Below, in pieces: positions 27,137-38,799 of a stretch of DNA of 44,909 nt. Location of the stretch: positions 3,458,985-3,503,893 of the forward strand of contig NC_068990.1 in assembly GCF_001194135.2 (NCBI RefSeq), written 5' to 3'. The notes below the pieces were generated by a model that did not search any database, was not told the DNA's origin, and saw only the letters and a list, made by a program, of their open reading frames with translations. Numbering within the stretch: the stretch's first letter is position 1; each line of letters begins with the position of its first letter. Made by a program: the position numbers and the translations under genes. This DNA comes from Octopus bimaculoides (Eukaryota).

Positions 27137-27357
27137 GCGTCGAGCTGGCAGAATCGTTAGCACGCTGGTCGGAATGCTTAGAGGTATTTCGCCTGTCGCT
27201 ACGTTCTGAGCTCAAATTCCACTATGGGCGACTTTGCCTTTCATCCTTGGTGGGGTTGATAAAATAAATACCGGTGGAATACTCGGTTCTATGTAATCGA
27301 CTCACCCCCTCCGCAAAATTCATCCCTTTATCGCAAAATTTGAAGCGATTATTATTG
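27137..27357 (+). mobile_element. tRNA-derived SINE, family A
   Basis: GAGCTGGCAGAATCGTTAGCACGC head, GGCGACTTTGCCTTTCATCC core, ATT tail. Confidence 0.9.
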
Positions 27358-28499
27358 TAAGGGGTGTTGAACCGGCAGAACCATTTCAGCGTTGGAAAAT
27401 GTATCTTGCAGCATTTGTCCAACTCATTCCACTCTGTGTACAAATCTCATCGGGGGCAACATTGCCTTCCATATAACCTGGGTCTATAAAATACAGCCGC
27501 TAAAAATTACTGGCCTTGTTCCTGAATCAGAAAAGAAACCTATATTATACGCAAATTTCTACTATAATACCAGAAATACATCCGTGATATTGAGGAGTTT
27601 GGAGTATTGTCTTTTGGTGAAAGTGTATTGTTTTTTTCAAACTAAATAAGTATTGCTCATTTGTTTTACCTTTTTTATTAGATATTTTGTTGTGTCTGAT
27701 TATATTTTCGTGTTTCGTATGTTGTACTGAATATGTTAAGTGTGAGATATCTTGTCGATCTGTGTCTATGGTTTGTACGTGCTGTGTGATTAGTGTTTTG
27801 TATATTCATTTTACACTTCTTAGGAAGGCGAGATCTTTGTTTCCCTTCTTTTTATATTTTAAATGCATGTTTGTAATTGGTGTTCTCAATTCTTTGAAAG
27901 AGACAAAGTCTTTGCTGGAAATATTCTGTAGACGGTTCTCCCCTTTCTTCGTAAAAAAATGATAAAGAAAAAATAAATTTATACGGAAAATATTTTTATT
28001 TGCAGTATTTGCCATTTTGTTTTAATTTAGAATTATTCTTTCTATAATCACAGNNNNNNNNNNNNNNNNNNNNNNNNNNNNNNNNNNNNNNNNNNNNNNN
28101 NNNNNNNNNNNNNNNNNNNNNNNNNNNNNNNNNNNNNNNNNNNNNNNNNNNNNNNNNNNNNNNNNNNNNNNGGAAATATGTTTGGGAAAAACTGCAGTAT
28201 ATCCTTATTTTCAGTTTTACTTTCTAGGTAAAAAGAAAATGTAATAATAAAATCACTTGGAATCGTTTACACATTTAAACGTTTCAAAAAAAAAAAATAA
28301 AATTGGTAAAATTCTTTCTAAAAATTTTGTATTTATCCATACTATAATCAATGTTTGTAAAAATACAGACGATAAATATAGAATTGAAATAAAACTTTTT
28401 CAAATTTATATTTATTTTATTACAAAAGTGACACAGGATGTAAAATATCGTTTGGTTTGTTTTTTAAAATTTGATGACAAAAGTTGGGAAGCGTGTATA

Positions 28500-28690
28500 C
28501 CCTTTTCTCGAACAGGTTGTTTTTCTCCTTTGCAAAGAAAAAGATGGCCAAAGGAAATTGTAGAAAGAAATCCAAAAAAACAAATATGCGTGTCTATTAC
28601 AAGTCATTCGCCAATCCATAGAAATGATCATTCTTGTGGAAAATGTAATCTTCATGTATGTCATACCCCATATAAGCACTATCCGTTCCA
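28500..28690 (+). pseudogene. Probable piggyBac-type (PGBD4-like) transposase C-terminal cysteine-rich remnant
   Basis: ...RNPKKQICVS...CGKCNLHVCHTPYKHY resembles the CxxC...CxxCxVxLCxxPCFxxYH C-terminal domain. No TTAA/TIR ends or catalytic core located. Confidence 0.4.
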
Positions 28691-28981
28691 ATATATACCC
28701 GTTCCAATGTTTCGAGTAGCTTTTTTAACCATGTATACAAATCGTTTTCATTACAATCTTAACAAATGTTAGATATAGACTGAGGATAACCGAGCTAGAT
28801 CTCTGACTAGTAGCTTTTAGGTTGAAGAACTCGTTTATAACCCAAAAACTAATTATCAAACCAACAAAATTCCTCAGAAGACGGTGAAATTCTTAAACAT
28901 GTTTCACCTATTATCTTCTAGCAGTGTTGTGACATAGAGCCACGCATTATAAAACTTGACATGTCTACAAAAGTGCGAATT

Positions 28982-29373
28982 TGTTTCCTCATAACTTTCA
29001 TAAATATGGATATTCCTTAAGAACATTTTCTACTAATATCATTCAGATAGTGTAGATTCCTCTTATATTGGGATTTGCTATGAAACCTTTTTCGCAGGGT
29101 GGATAGAGAAAAGTGTCGTATAATTCACAGGAATCGATTTTGTTTCCTCATAGCTTTCAGAAAGAAAATGGCTATTTTAAAAAGATTTTCTACAAATACC
29201 ATTCAAATAGAACTTGAAATTTCGAAATAATTATGTCATATGTGTCAGCATGTGCGCCCATCAAATTGTTTGTTCAATTAAATTCCGATATAATCAATCT
29301 TCACCAGCTGAAAGACATTTGTTAAAAATGTCAGCAACAAAATGTCCATTTTTCTTAAAGTTATGAGGAAACA
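28982..29373. repeat. Direct plus inverted ~32-bp motif triad
   Basis: TGTTTCCTCATAACTTT at 28982-28998, TGTTTCCTCATAGCTTT at 29141-29157, and the exact reverse complement AAAGTTATGAGGAAACA at 29357-29373; similarity extends to ...AA.ATGG. Confidence 0.8.
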
Positions 29374-29916
29374 GCTTGTGTAGGTATGCCCAAAACATTA
29401 ATGTTTCCCTAAAAAATTGTAAAACAAGTTATCTTCCACAAGAAAATCAGTATGGGCAAACAAGCTTTAAAATTATTTTGCTAACGTACGGAGTCTTAAA
29501 TATGGTGCAACGAGTATGTAAACCCTACAGTATTATCGTCCTGAGTGTTATATTCTCATGTGTGGCCATGTCTCTGTACAATCTCTATAGAAGCAGATTT
29601 ATTACATATCAGCTTTAACTTATCCCATACCAAATGTCGCTTCTCATTGAGAACTGAAGTGGAAAAAATATTTTAACCCGTAACACGATACCCAGAAGAT
29701 ATTCGAGTATGTTTTGGCAAATACAATCATGGATGTATAAATAACCAATGTTCATCTGATACACTGGATGTAAATACACTTTTCAATACTGGTCACCTCA
29801 AATTTCCATTCCGTAGGCTCTCATCTACACTGGATATTCTGTGTCCCAATATTTTCAAATTTCTTTCAAACTTCCGTTTCTTACATTATGTAACTCTTAA
29901 CCGTTTGGTCTAACCA

Positions 29917-29917
29917 G

Positions 29918-29954
<37 letters not shown>

Positions 29955-29968
29955 CTATCTATCTACCT
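29917..29968. repeat. (TCTA)n microsatellite followed by degenerate TATC/TCCA repeats
   Basis: Direct reading. Confidence 0.9.
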
Positions 29969-30432
29969 AAGAGCTAGCAATCTAGCTATCTGCCTGCTTA
30001 TCTACTTACCCATCTACAAACCTATCTATTTAGCCTTCTAGCCATCCATCCACCTATCTATTTATCCATCTATCATCCTTTCTCTCTATCGGTTTATCTA
30101 TATATTTAACTATCTATCAATTTATCTACAAATATATATATGTATATAAAGAAAAATATATATATATATAAACATATGTATGTATTACATCACTTCTAAC
30201 AATGTAGAAGATAAACATACAACTCAAATCTTATTACCGCCCAGTATCTAGAGCCCTGCCTACCAAAACATGTCATGTTCTGCTTTTCCTAACGGTATAA
30301 AAATTGATTTTGCTTAAATGAAATCATCACCTGTCTTTAATGGGTGGATATACTGTGAATCCGTATCAATCTGATGTTTCTAATGTTTAATAATATTTAC
30401 ATTATAAACATAGACATGACTCTATGCAGAAG

Positions 30433-30466
30433 TGCCGGGGTAGCTGTGTGGTAAGAAGTTTCCTTC
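30433..30466 (+). mobile_element. 5' head of a CORE-type SINE split by the insertion
   Basis: GCCGGGGTAGCTGTGTGGTAAGAAGTTT matches the head of the intact copy at 18942-18975. Confidence 0.8.
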
Positions 30467-30556
30467 CGGTTACTGCGCATGCTTGATTCAATTGCTGGTT
30501 TGTGTTTTTGAGAGTCGGACAGGATTTTTGTGCTGCTTGGCAGCGGTCTCGTGGAA

Positions 30557-31048
30557 ATGTATTCAGACGTTAGCGGACCTGAATTTTCTTCATCGGAGGA
30601 GGAGCTTGTGCAGGCGGTGATAAGAATGGACAGAATGTTAGAGAAAACAAAAAGTTTTTCTAAGGCGGCGGAGGTAAAGAAGAAGGATGTAGACCTGGCT
30701 GAACTAAAGGAATATGGAAAAATGACGCAGAAGGTGGGTGGCGACGTGAAGTTGTCGCCCCCTAAAAGAATCATGGAGCAAATGGAGAGGAAAATTATCA
30801 CCTATAAGGTGTACCCGCTAAAGAGCAAAAGAGCTGAGCAGGTGGAGGCGGAAGTGGAGAAGGCGCTGAGGAAGCAGTCAACAAAAATAATGTACATAAA
30901 CAAGGGACGGAGATACGGGAAGTTGAATTTTTATTCGATTTATGAAAGCAATTTATTCAGAGAGAATTGTGCCAGTCGCTGCGTTCCGGGTTCAATTGCA
31001 AGCCAGGAGTACTTTGTGGCCGAAAATTGTTTTTTTTTTCTTCTGTGA
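30557..31048 (+). pseudogene. ORF-A: truncated L1/Tx1-type ORF1 N-terminus
   Basis: ATG at 30557. PPKRIMEQMERKIITYKVY...YINKGRRYG aligns by eye with the ORF-B N-terminus; coding-like sequence gives way to AT-rich sequence at about 30920. Confidence 0.65.
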
Positions 31049-31186
31049 ACTGCTTTACGTCGGTTGAAACACTGAATTTTGTTGCAGTACGAACAGGCCT
31101 GGATTGTTTTTTCTTTTTTTTTTCTGTGAACTGCTTTACGTGTGTGTTTTTTTTTTTGAACTTGTATTTAACATTTTTTTTGCACT

Positions 31187-32422
31187 TTGACATGGAAAGA
31201 AAATGAAGTCACTGTCTTGGACTGGGAGGCTGTCCCACCTAAACAGTGGATTGCAGAGACAGAGAAGCGGACAGTGATCTTGCGGACCTATTCCAGGTCA
31301 CGCGACGCCATTGCGCTCTTCAATAGGGAAAAAATAATGAAAGAGCTGGCGAGCTGTTTGCCAGCCAAAAATTATTATATTACAAGGGGGGTCAAGTACG
31401 CAATGGTGTGGTTGCTATTTGACTCCCCTGAAGAGGCTGGTATAGTGGCCAGCCAGCCCCACTTACTGTTCCTCCCCACTTACTGCGGTAAAGGAATCAC
31501 TAGAGCCTGGGTATGTGGACTGCCCCCTGGTACCAAGGCTGAGTGGATCTCTGATGCCATCCGGCGGGGCTTGGGGGACAGTGGGCTCAGGCTCCTGAAT
31601 GTCATCATGGGGCCTGCTGTTGACTGGGAAGGGGTTAAAGCTAATTTGATCCTATGGACCCCAGTGGCAGTAGGAGACATGCTGTTTCCAGACTTCTTGA
31701 AAATGGCAGGGGCCAGGTACCCTATGATACTTGAGGGACGTTCCCCCAGGTGTCATCGGTGCCTGGAACCAGGACATATAAGGAAAAACTGCCCTAAGAG
31801 CCGTGAAATGGCCCCGGTGCAGGATANNNNNNNNNNNNNNNNNNNNNNNNNNNNNNNNNNNNNNNNNNNNNNNNNNNNNNNNNNNNNNNNNNNNNNNNNN
31901 NNNNNNNNNNNNNNNNNNNNNNNNNNNNNNNNNNNNNNNNNNNNNNNNNNNNNNNNNNNNNNNNNNNNNNNNNNNNNNNNNNNNNNNNNNNNNNNNNNNN
32001 NNNNNNNNNNNNNNNNNNNNNNNNNNNNNNNNNNNNNNNNNNNNNNNNNNNNNNNNNNNNNNNNNNNNNNNNNNNNNNNNNNNNNNNNNNNNNNNNNNNN
32101 NNNNNNNNCAGAGCAAGCTGCGGTCCCTCCTGCTGATGAGGAAGCAGAGATTATCCTCTGTTACCTCAAGGACGGGCCCGTTCAACTTTATTTAGACAAT
32201 TGTTTGGATCGTCAACGGTACAACTCGATCTCTATAGACGATCCAAATAGGCCTCCGTAGGTGTGTGCGGAGGTCTTATATGTTAGTGAAGGTAACAAAG
32301 TTGAAAGGATATGTGACAGGAAGGACTTCATCATCATAAAGCTGGGCCAGCCATTGCGGGTTGTCCTGCAGGCAGCAGGAGTCTTGCTTGGGGGCCCGGA
32401 TGTGGAGGACCATAGGACTTAA
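31187..32422 (+). pseudogene. ORF-B: L1/Tx1-type ORF1 (RRM-like region + CCHC zinc knuckle)
   Basis: CHRCLEPGHIRKNC (CX2CX4HX4C, 31751-31792), preceded by RAWVCGLPP and YPMILEGRSP blocks typical of L1/Tx1 ORF1p. A likely ATG at 31192 is out of frame by one A; after TAG at 32258-60 the frame stays open for 53 codons to TAA at 32420-22. Frame across the gap is unverified. Confidence 0.8.
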
Positions 32423-32623
32423 TTTGATTTTGTTGATGATTTTTATTGAACAAGGTTTTCGAGGGGTTGTCGGTCGGCGGGCGCCGGTGCCTCTCCCACT
32501 TTTTAGTCATCTTTTTGTATTCATTTCATTCATTAATGTCCGTGTCCAGCCTGCAGCTTCTTTGTTTGTTTGTCTTTGTTTGTCCATTCTATGTAATACC
32601 TTTATGGCAAAATTTATGAAATA

Positions 32624-32995
32624 AAGAAGTTTGCTTCGAAGCCACATGTTGTCAGGGTCAGTTCTACTACGTGCCACCTGATGCGAGTGTCTACTGCCAT
32701 AGTCTCGGGCCGACGAAAGTCATTTAAGCGGATTTAGTAGACGAAAACTGAAGAATGGCTCGACGTATACGTGTGTGTGTGTGTGTGTGAATAGCTATGC
32801 GACCGTGCCTATGGGTTTATTCCCACCACTGCTCAGTTTGTGCACGTCGCCATATACTGAGCAGTTCGGTTAAAGGGGAATGATAGATTAAGTACCAGAT
32901 TTTTTTTTAAATGGGAAATCGATTTCCTCGATTATTCACTTCATCACGTTGTATCAACACGGCCGAAGTTCATTGAATAGAACCAATAAAATGCA
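32624..32995 (+). mobile_element. Remainder of the split CORE-type SINE
   Basis: GCTTCGAAGCCACATG...TCAGTTCTACTACGTGCCACCTGATGCGAGTGTCT continues colinearly with 18965-19035; internal TG array; diverged 3' half. Confidence 0.82.
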
Positions 32996-34522
32996 AAGCA
33001 AAAGATATCAGTCAATTTATAATTCGTTAATTTCTATTGTGAATGCGCATTTTCATTGAGCATGAATTAACATGTAAACAACGTTGAGTGCCACTTGATA
33101 GCACAGACTAATTCAGTTGTAGTAAGAAAGATCTTTATATAAGGAAGCCTTGAATTGCCCAAAAGGTTTACCCATCAAACACAAAATCTCTGAATGTTAT
33201 AGAAAATTACATTCTGTAATTCATTAAAGGTTTGAAAAGTTTAACTGTCCAACGTACATCACTACCACCATTCGAAGTCTTTACTAAAAATAAAATAATC
33301 TAAATGGATACTGACATCTAATTGCATTTATAAATAACCACATAGGAACAGTAAACGATACATAAATACCAAATGTATGTAATTATGTATAATATACCTA
33401 ATATTTTAAAATTTACTTCAAAGCGGAAAGTAAGAATAGATAAAAGTAGAGTAATTGTATTACAGTGCGGCATATTCGTTCAAGTATTTCATTTTCTTAT
33501 TATTCATCTAGTATTAACCAAAAAATAAATTTATTGACGACAACACAACGAGTAAAGATATCGAAATTTTCGCACCAGAATTATCTCTTACCATGAATTA
33601 GTGAAAATTTTCGTAAAAAATCAGTGAAGCTTAAACAATTAAATGGAAGAGAATATCTATATCCGGCATCTCGTCAGTTATTAAGACAAAACTCTATGAA
33701 AAAAAAAACCGTTAAATAAAGGAAAATTACTCCAATAGGCATGGTTAAAGTAATACTTCATTCATAGAATCCGCATATTCACACATACACACACACACAT
33801 ATATGGACGCACACACACATGCTGATAATTGTACATTTACATGTTTTCCATAAGCCAGGTTTTCGCCACGATAAACTGCAGAGAAATTGCCTTTAGAAGT
33901 TAAAATATGTCACAAACCTATTTCAGTTAAGCTAAAGTTTATTTTCCAACAATATTTCGTGATCCTACTTAGGTATTTATTCATACCAGTCGGAGTAAGG
34001 GCACAAGCCAGTCACTACTATTGACTGGTTCATTATCATACTACGGCTTACTGTAAGCTCAGAGCTGCCTCTTTTTGATATCCCCTATTGAGGAATCTAG
34101 GGGTTCAATACTGGGCGCCATTGAGTTGATGATAGTGTAGTTACACCTTTGAGAATTATTGAAATGTCAGTGAAACTGACTTTAGAATTCAAAATATGTT
34201 ACAAATTTGAAGTAACCTTCAGTATGTTTATTTAAATTAAGGATGCATATGAAATATTGACCAAAATGAAATATTATAAAGATTTTAAAATTTATACATT
34301 GGCAGACTTTCAAATTGTCAAATTTGGAATTATTTTCTTGATAGAGTATTTCCATTACTATGAGGTACATTGATATATAACTGGTGACTCTGCTTTGATA
34401 TTTTCATATTTAAATTGTTAGTTTGCGTAAGTTGGAAAATAGCACATGAATATATAAGAATCTAATATCTATATATAGATATATATGGGCAAATATATAG
34501 ATATATATGGGCAAATTCTCTC

Positions 34523-34570
<48 letters not shown>

Positions 34571-37500
34571 CATGTGTGTGTTACTGTCTAAAGCTGAAAG
34601 AACGGAAATAATTGTAGTGAATCACAAATTCATTACATTGGTATTTGAACCTGATCTTTGAAAATTATTTTCATAGATCTCTTTTGCAATGCGCGATTTG
34701 AAGACTGATACTGAGACATCTAATGACGAAAATATATAGGTTTTCAGTATGAAATCATTTCATTTTTTAGGCAATTCAATGCAGTAACTTCTTCATGAAA
34801 AACATGAAATATGTTAATCTGTTTTAAGGAGAGGAAACCGATACAAAATGTTGTATTGTCATTATTTTACATTTCATATTTCATGAAATCTTTTCAAACA
34901 AAATATCTGCCAGTTCTTATTAGACCTTGGTTGATGTGTGTAATCTATGCTTCACTGATATACCCGAAACCGCGTCAGAATTTTCGCTATTCCAGCTAAT
35001 GTTTTAGTAAATTATAATTAGAATGTTTTTAGCAGAAATACATGCTTCTGCGAATACATTTTATGCATTTGTCAGAATCCATTCAAAGAAGTTAAACATC
35101 TGCAGAAATAGCTGTCATATCTTTCAAAAATCATATCATCCTGCGAAAAGACGATATCACAAGTCAATATATTCCTAAAATATAAAACGAACGAGAAAAA
35201 TATGAGTGTAATTCCATTGATTACTGGTCAACTCGATTATTGTTGACTTGGTGCTGATTAAGACCAGAGTGGCACGTATACTGCAATTTGTCTCTTAAAT
35301 ACTTCTTAGAATTAACGATAATTAAAAAAAGGAATATGTCAACCTTAGTATGTATATCATGACATGCTAACCCTTCCCGGGAAAATTTCAAGATTAAATT
35401 ATTTTCCAGCTTTCGTCGATTGTTTCTCTCCATTTTTCAAATAGTTCCCATCATGAATCACACGAGACAGTTGTTCCTTATTTAGAAAGCGCTTGCAATA
35501 AAACTGTCAAATGTATTACATTAATGTGCATTAATGTGCTTTAGTAGCCATAACCTCAGCCAATCATACTGATTCTCTTCTTAAGTATCTGTCATCTGGT
35601 GGAGATTACCTCCGACAATATTATAATATTTACAATAGCTTCTGCTCTGCTGAAATTAAAGGTTAAGGTCAATGCTTCCATATGGAGTAATGTAATATAT
35701 CACAATTGCATGAATTCTGTTAGATCTAACCATTAGGAGGTGTTGAAAATGATCAATTGAAATTATATCTTCATTAAATATTTATGATATTGATTCTCTT
35801 TGAATTTAGTATGAGAGAGCAGACAATTAAATTTAGTTCTATATACGTGTAGTTCGCTCTTGGTCTGTTCACCCTGGAGTGGTGGAGCATCAGTGATGAT
35901 CCCGGGCAAAGTTACTGTTAATGAACGAAACTAAATTCCTTTTAAAAAAATTTAGTCTAACACTTTACTGTATCTTAAATTGTTTTAACATTAAAAAATA
36001 GCATTGTTGCGTCGGTTGCCATTTCAAATATGGCTAAATGATTTGTTGTCAACTGAACTGGGAGCAGTATATTGCCACTCTATAAGTTATGGAACCATTG
36101 GTACGAAGCACTATTTCAACCCAAGTGGTGTTAAACTCGAGAACATAATCTGTCTGATCATAATAACTTAGTTAAATATCATGAAACTGTTCTGTAAATT
36201 GCTAAGTTAATCATGGCAAACTAACGAAGGTAGAAATTACTTATAGATAATGAATCTCAGCTTAACGTCATGGTACACGTTGTTAGAAGATTGAAGCAAA
36301 GCCAAACTTAAATCAACTTACAGATTTAGAAGTTCACGTTTACACATGTAGGCATAGTTTCATTTCTACAACTTCAAATATTATTGCAAAGGAAACGACT
36401 TTGTTGATAAACTCTTCCCTGCCCTTAATTCGTATCGTTCACGAAACATATTGGTATTTCTACTACAATCTAGCCTTGATTTCTTTCGTAATTTAGGAAA
36501 TACACAAACGAGTGATTACGACACATCCGCATGCATAGTTAATAGGGTAATTGTAGTGAGTGAGCACTGTGAATTTGTTAATGTTCTGGTTTTATTAAAA
36601 TTCTCTGCACTAACTATTGCATGTTGGTTAAAGAGCATCAGGTTGGAGAATTATCATTTCTTATCAGAATCACCTTCGGTTGAATGGATCTACATGTAAC
36701 TTGGGAGATGAGTGATAGCTTGTCCACCTTGTGATATACGAAAGCAACTATTAATCTTCTAATGGACTTCTTCAATGTGGTATTGTTCTGGTTAATTTCT
36801 CCCAGATCAATTGGGACTGTGTAGTTCTCACATGGGAAGCATTACAACCATGACTACTTCTCGTATATTATCGATTATACTGTTTCAAGGATTATATTAT
36901 CCATGCGGTCTTATTTCTTAAGATATTAGGTTGAAAATTCAATTCTAATTAACTGATATTTCAGGATTTATTTGCAATCACTTAGCGGTTCCCTGAACCT
37001 GTATTGTGACTGATAAATGTCTACCAATTAAGTTGTTTTACTCTTTTTGGTCTTTTGTAGATGACATGCCTTGCATGCTGGAAGAGCTGCAATAATTTTA
37101 CATCAAAGATGTGACAGGGCGTACATATACCAAAGTGGGCAACGTTGATACAATAAGTGGACGAAAATTAGGTATTGCATCTACTCGTTTAAAGAAGTGG
37201 AAATTTATTACGAGGGATACAGCGTGTTACCGCGATAAGGCATGGGCTTGTTCATTTGTGATTTTATAAATATGGCAGGGAAAATCATGTTTTTGACATA
37301 GTGATGATCAGAAAAATGGGTACCTATACACATATACGTATACATACATACACATATGTATGTATGTATGTATGTATGCATGTATACATATAGAGTTTAG
37401 ATTTGTATTACAACAATAATAAAGGTGATGATAATGGTGATGATGATAACTGAAATGTAGAAATCCCTGGGAAATGTTGTTTACAACATTTCTAAAAGTA

Positions 37501-38799
37501 GCCAAAAAATTACTGATTTGGCTAGGGTCAAAATACAGGTCTCTTGACATGTTCAACAGACCGTGACGCGTAAACAAAGCACCATTCAGCTTAGATAATT
37601 TAGTGAAGCCACACACTGATAGATCAGAATACAGTTTGCAAAACGTAACATTCTGGAACCTATAAAAATGTATTTAAGGCACACATTTTAGCCATGTCAT
37701 AACAGTTATAAGTGCCACCACTACTATATGAACCTGAAGATTGTATAGTTTAGTGGATGAAAATACCAGTCCAATCAGAATGAACGTTTAATATTCATTA
37801 TTTCATCATTTCATTATATTATCTTCTATTATGTTAATATAAGATTGAAAATAAAACGTGTATATATATATATATATATATATATATTAATCGAAGGAGT
37901 TCCAACGTTTACACGTTTTATTTTCAATCTTATATTAACATAATAGAAGATATATATATATANNNNNNNNNNNNNNNNNNNNNNNNNNNNNNNNNNNNNN
38001 NNNNNNNNNNNNNNNNNNNNNNNNNNNNNNNNNNNNNNNNNNNNNNNNNNNNNNNNNNNNNNNNNNNNNNNNNNNNNNNNNNNNNNNNNNNNNNNNNNNN
38101 NNNNNNNNNNNNNNNNNNNNNNNNNNNNNNNNNNNNNNNNNNNNNNNNNNNNNNNNNNNNNNNNNNNNNNNNNNNNNNNNNNNNNNNNNNNNNNNNNNNN
38201 NNNNNNNNNNNNNNNNNNNNNNNNNNNNNNNNNNNNNNNNNNNNNNNNNNNNNNNNNNNNNNNNNNNNNNNNNNNNNNNNNNNNNNNNNNNNNNNNNNNN
38301 NNNNNNNNNNNNNNNNNNNNNNNNNNNNNNNNNNNNNNNNNNNNNNNNNNNNNNNNNNNNNNNNNNNNNNNNNNNNNNNNNNNNNNNNNNNNNNNNNNNN
38401 NNNNNNNNTATATATATATATATATATATATATATTACACTCTCGGAGGTTTGTTTGTCAGCAGCAATCATACTGATATACTTTTAGCTCAATAGTTAAG
38501 ACATTATGGATTATGTAATAACAAATATTTGATGAAGATGCTCGCGGACATTGTCTATTTTCAGAACGATATTGCCTTCATAGAAATTGACATCTTGTCG
38601 TATACCTGCCCCATAAACGAGTCCTATTAACAAAAACTGCCCGTTCATACAATTATGTAAATTATTTTGACCTTATTTCTATATGCTATAAAATGCGATG
38701 TAGGTATTGACATATATACATATATATACGTACACACACACACACACACATACACACACACACACACATATATATATTATATCATATTATATACAAGTG

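Larger units (their letters stand above)
30467..32623 (+). mobile_element. ORF1-only (HAL1-like) or nested L1/Tx1-clade retroelement
   Basis: TSD AAGAAGTTT(C/G)CTTC at 30453-30466 and 32624-32637 (13/14; 9-bp exact core); 3' AATAAA at 32620-32625; gag-like ORFs; no RT or endonuclease in the sequenced part; internal gap 31827-32108. Confidence 0.8.

Noticed and set aside
27400-28050. Minus-strand ERGEPSTEYFQQR resembling L1 ORF2 EGEKxTKYF
   Set aside because: A single motif; downstream RT motifs not found.
31081-31087. TTTTGTTGCAG acceptor suggesting an intron that fuses ORF-A and ORF-B
   Set aside because: No donor near 30920, downstream sequence is T-tract non-coding, and the two ORFs are paralogous N-termini rather than consecutive parts.
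35896-35910. GTGATGA box C-like motif
   Set aside because: No properly spaced box D or terminal stem; not a supportable snoRNA.
36780-36830. IVLVNFSQINWD resembling CR1 endonuclease GDFNxPxINW
   Set aside because: The key GDFN is absent and flanking motifs were not recovered; a possible ancient LINE but unsupported.
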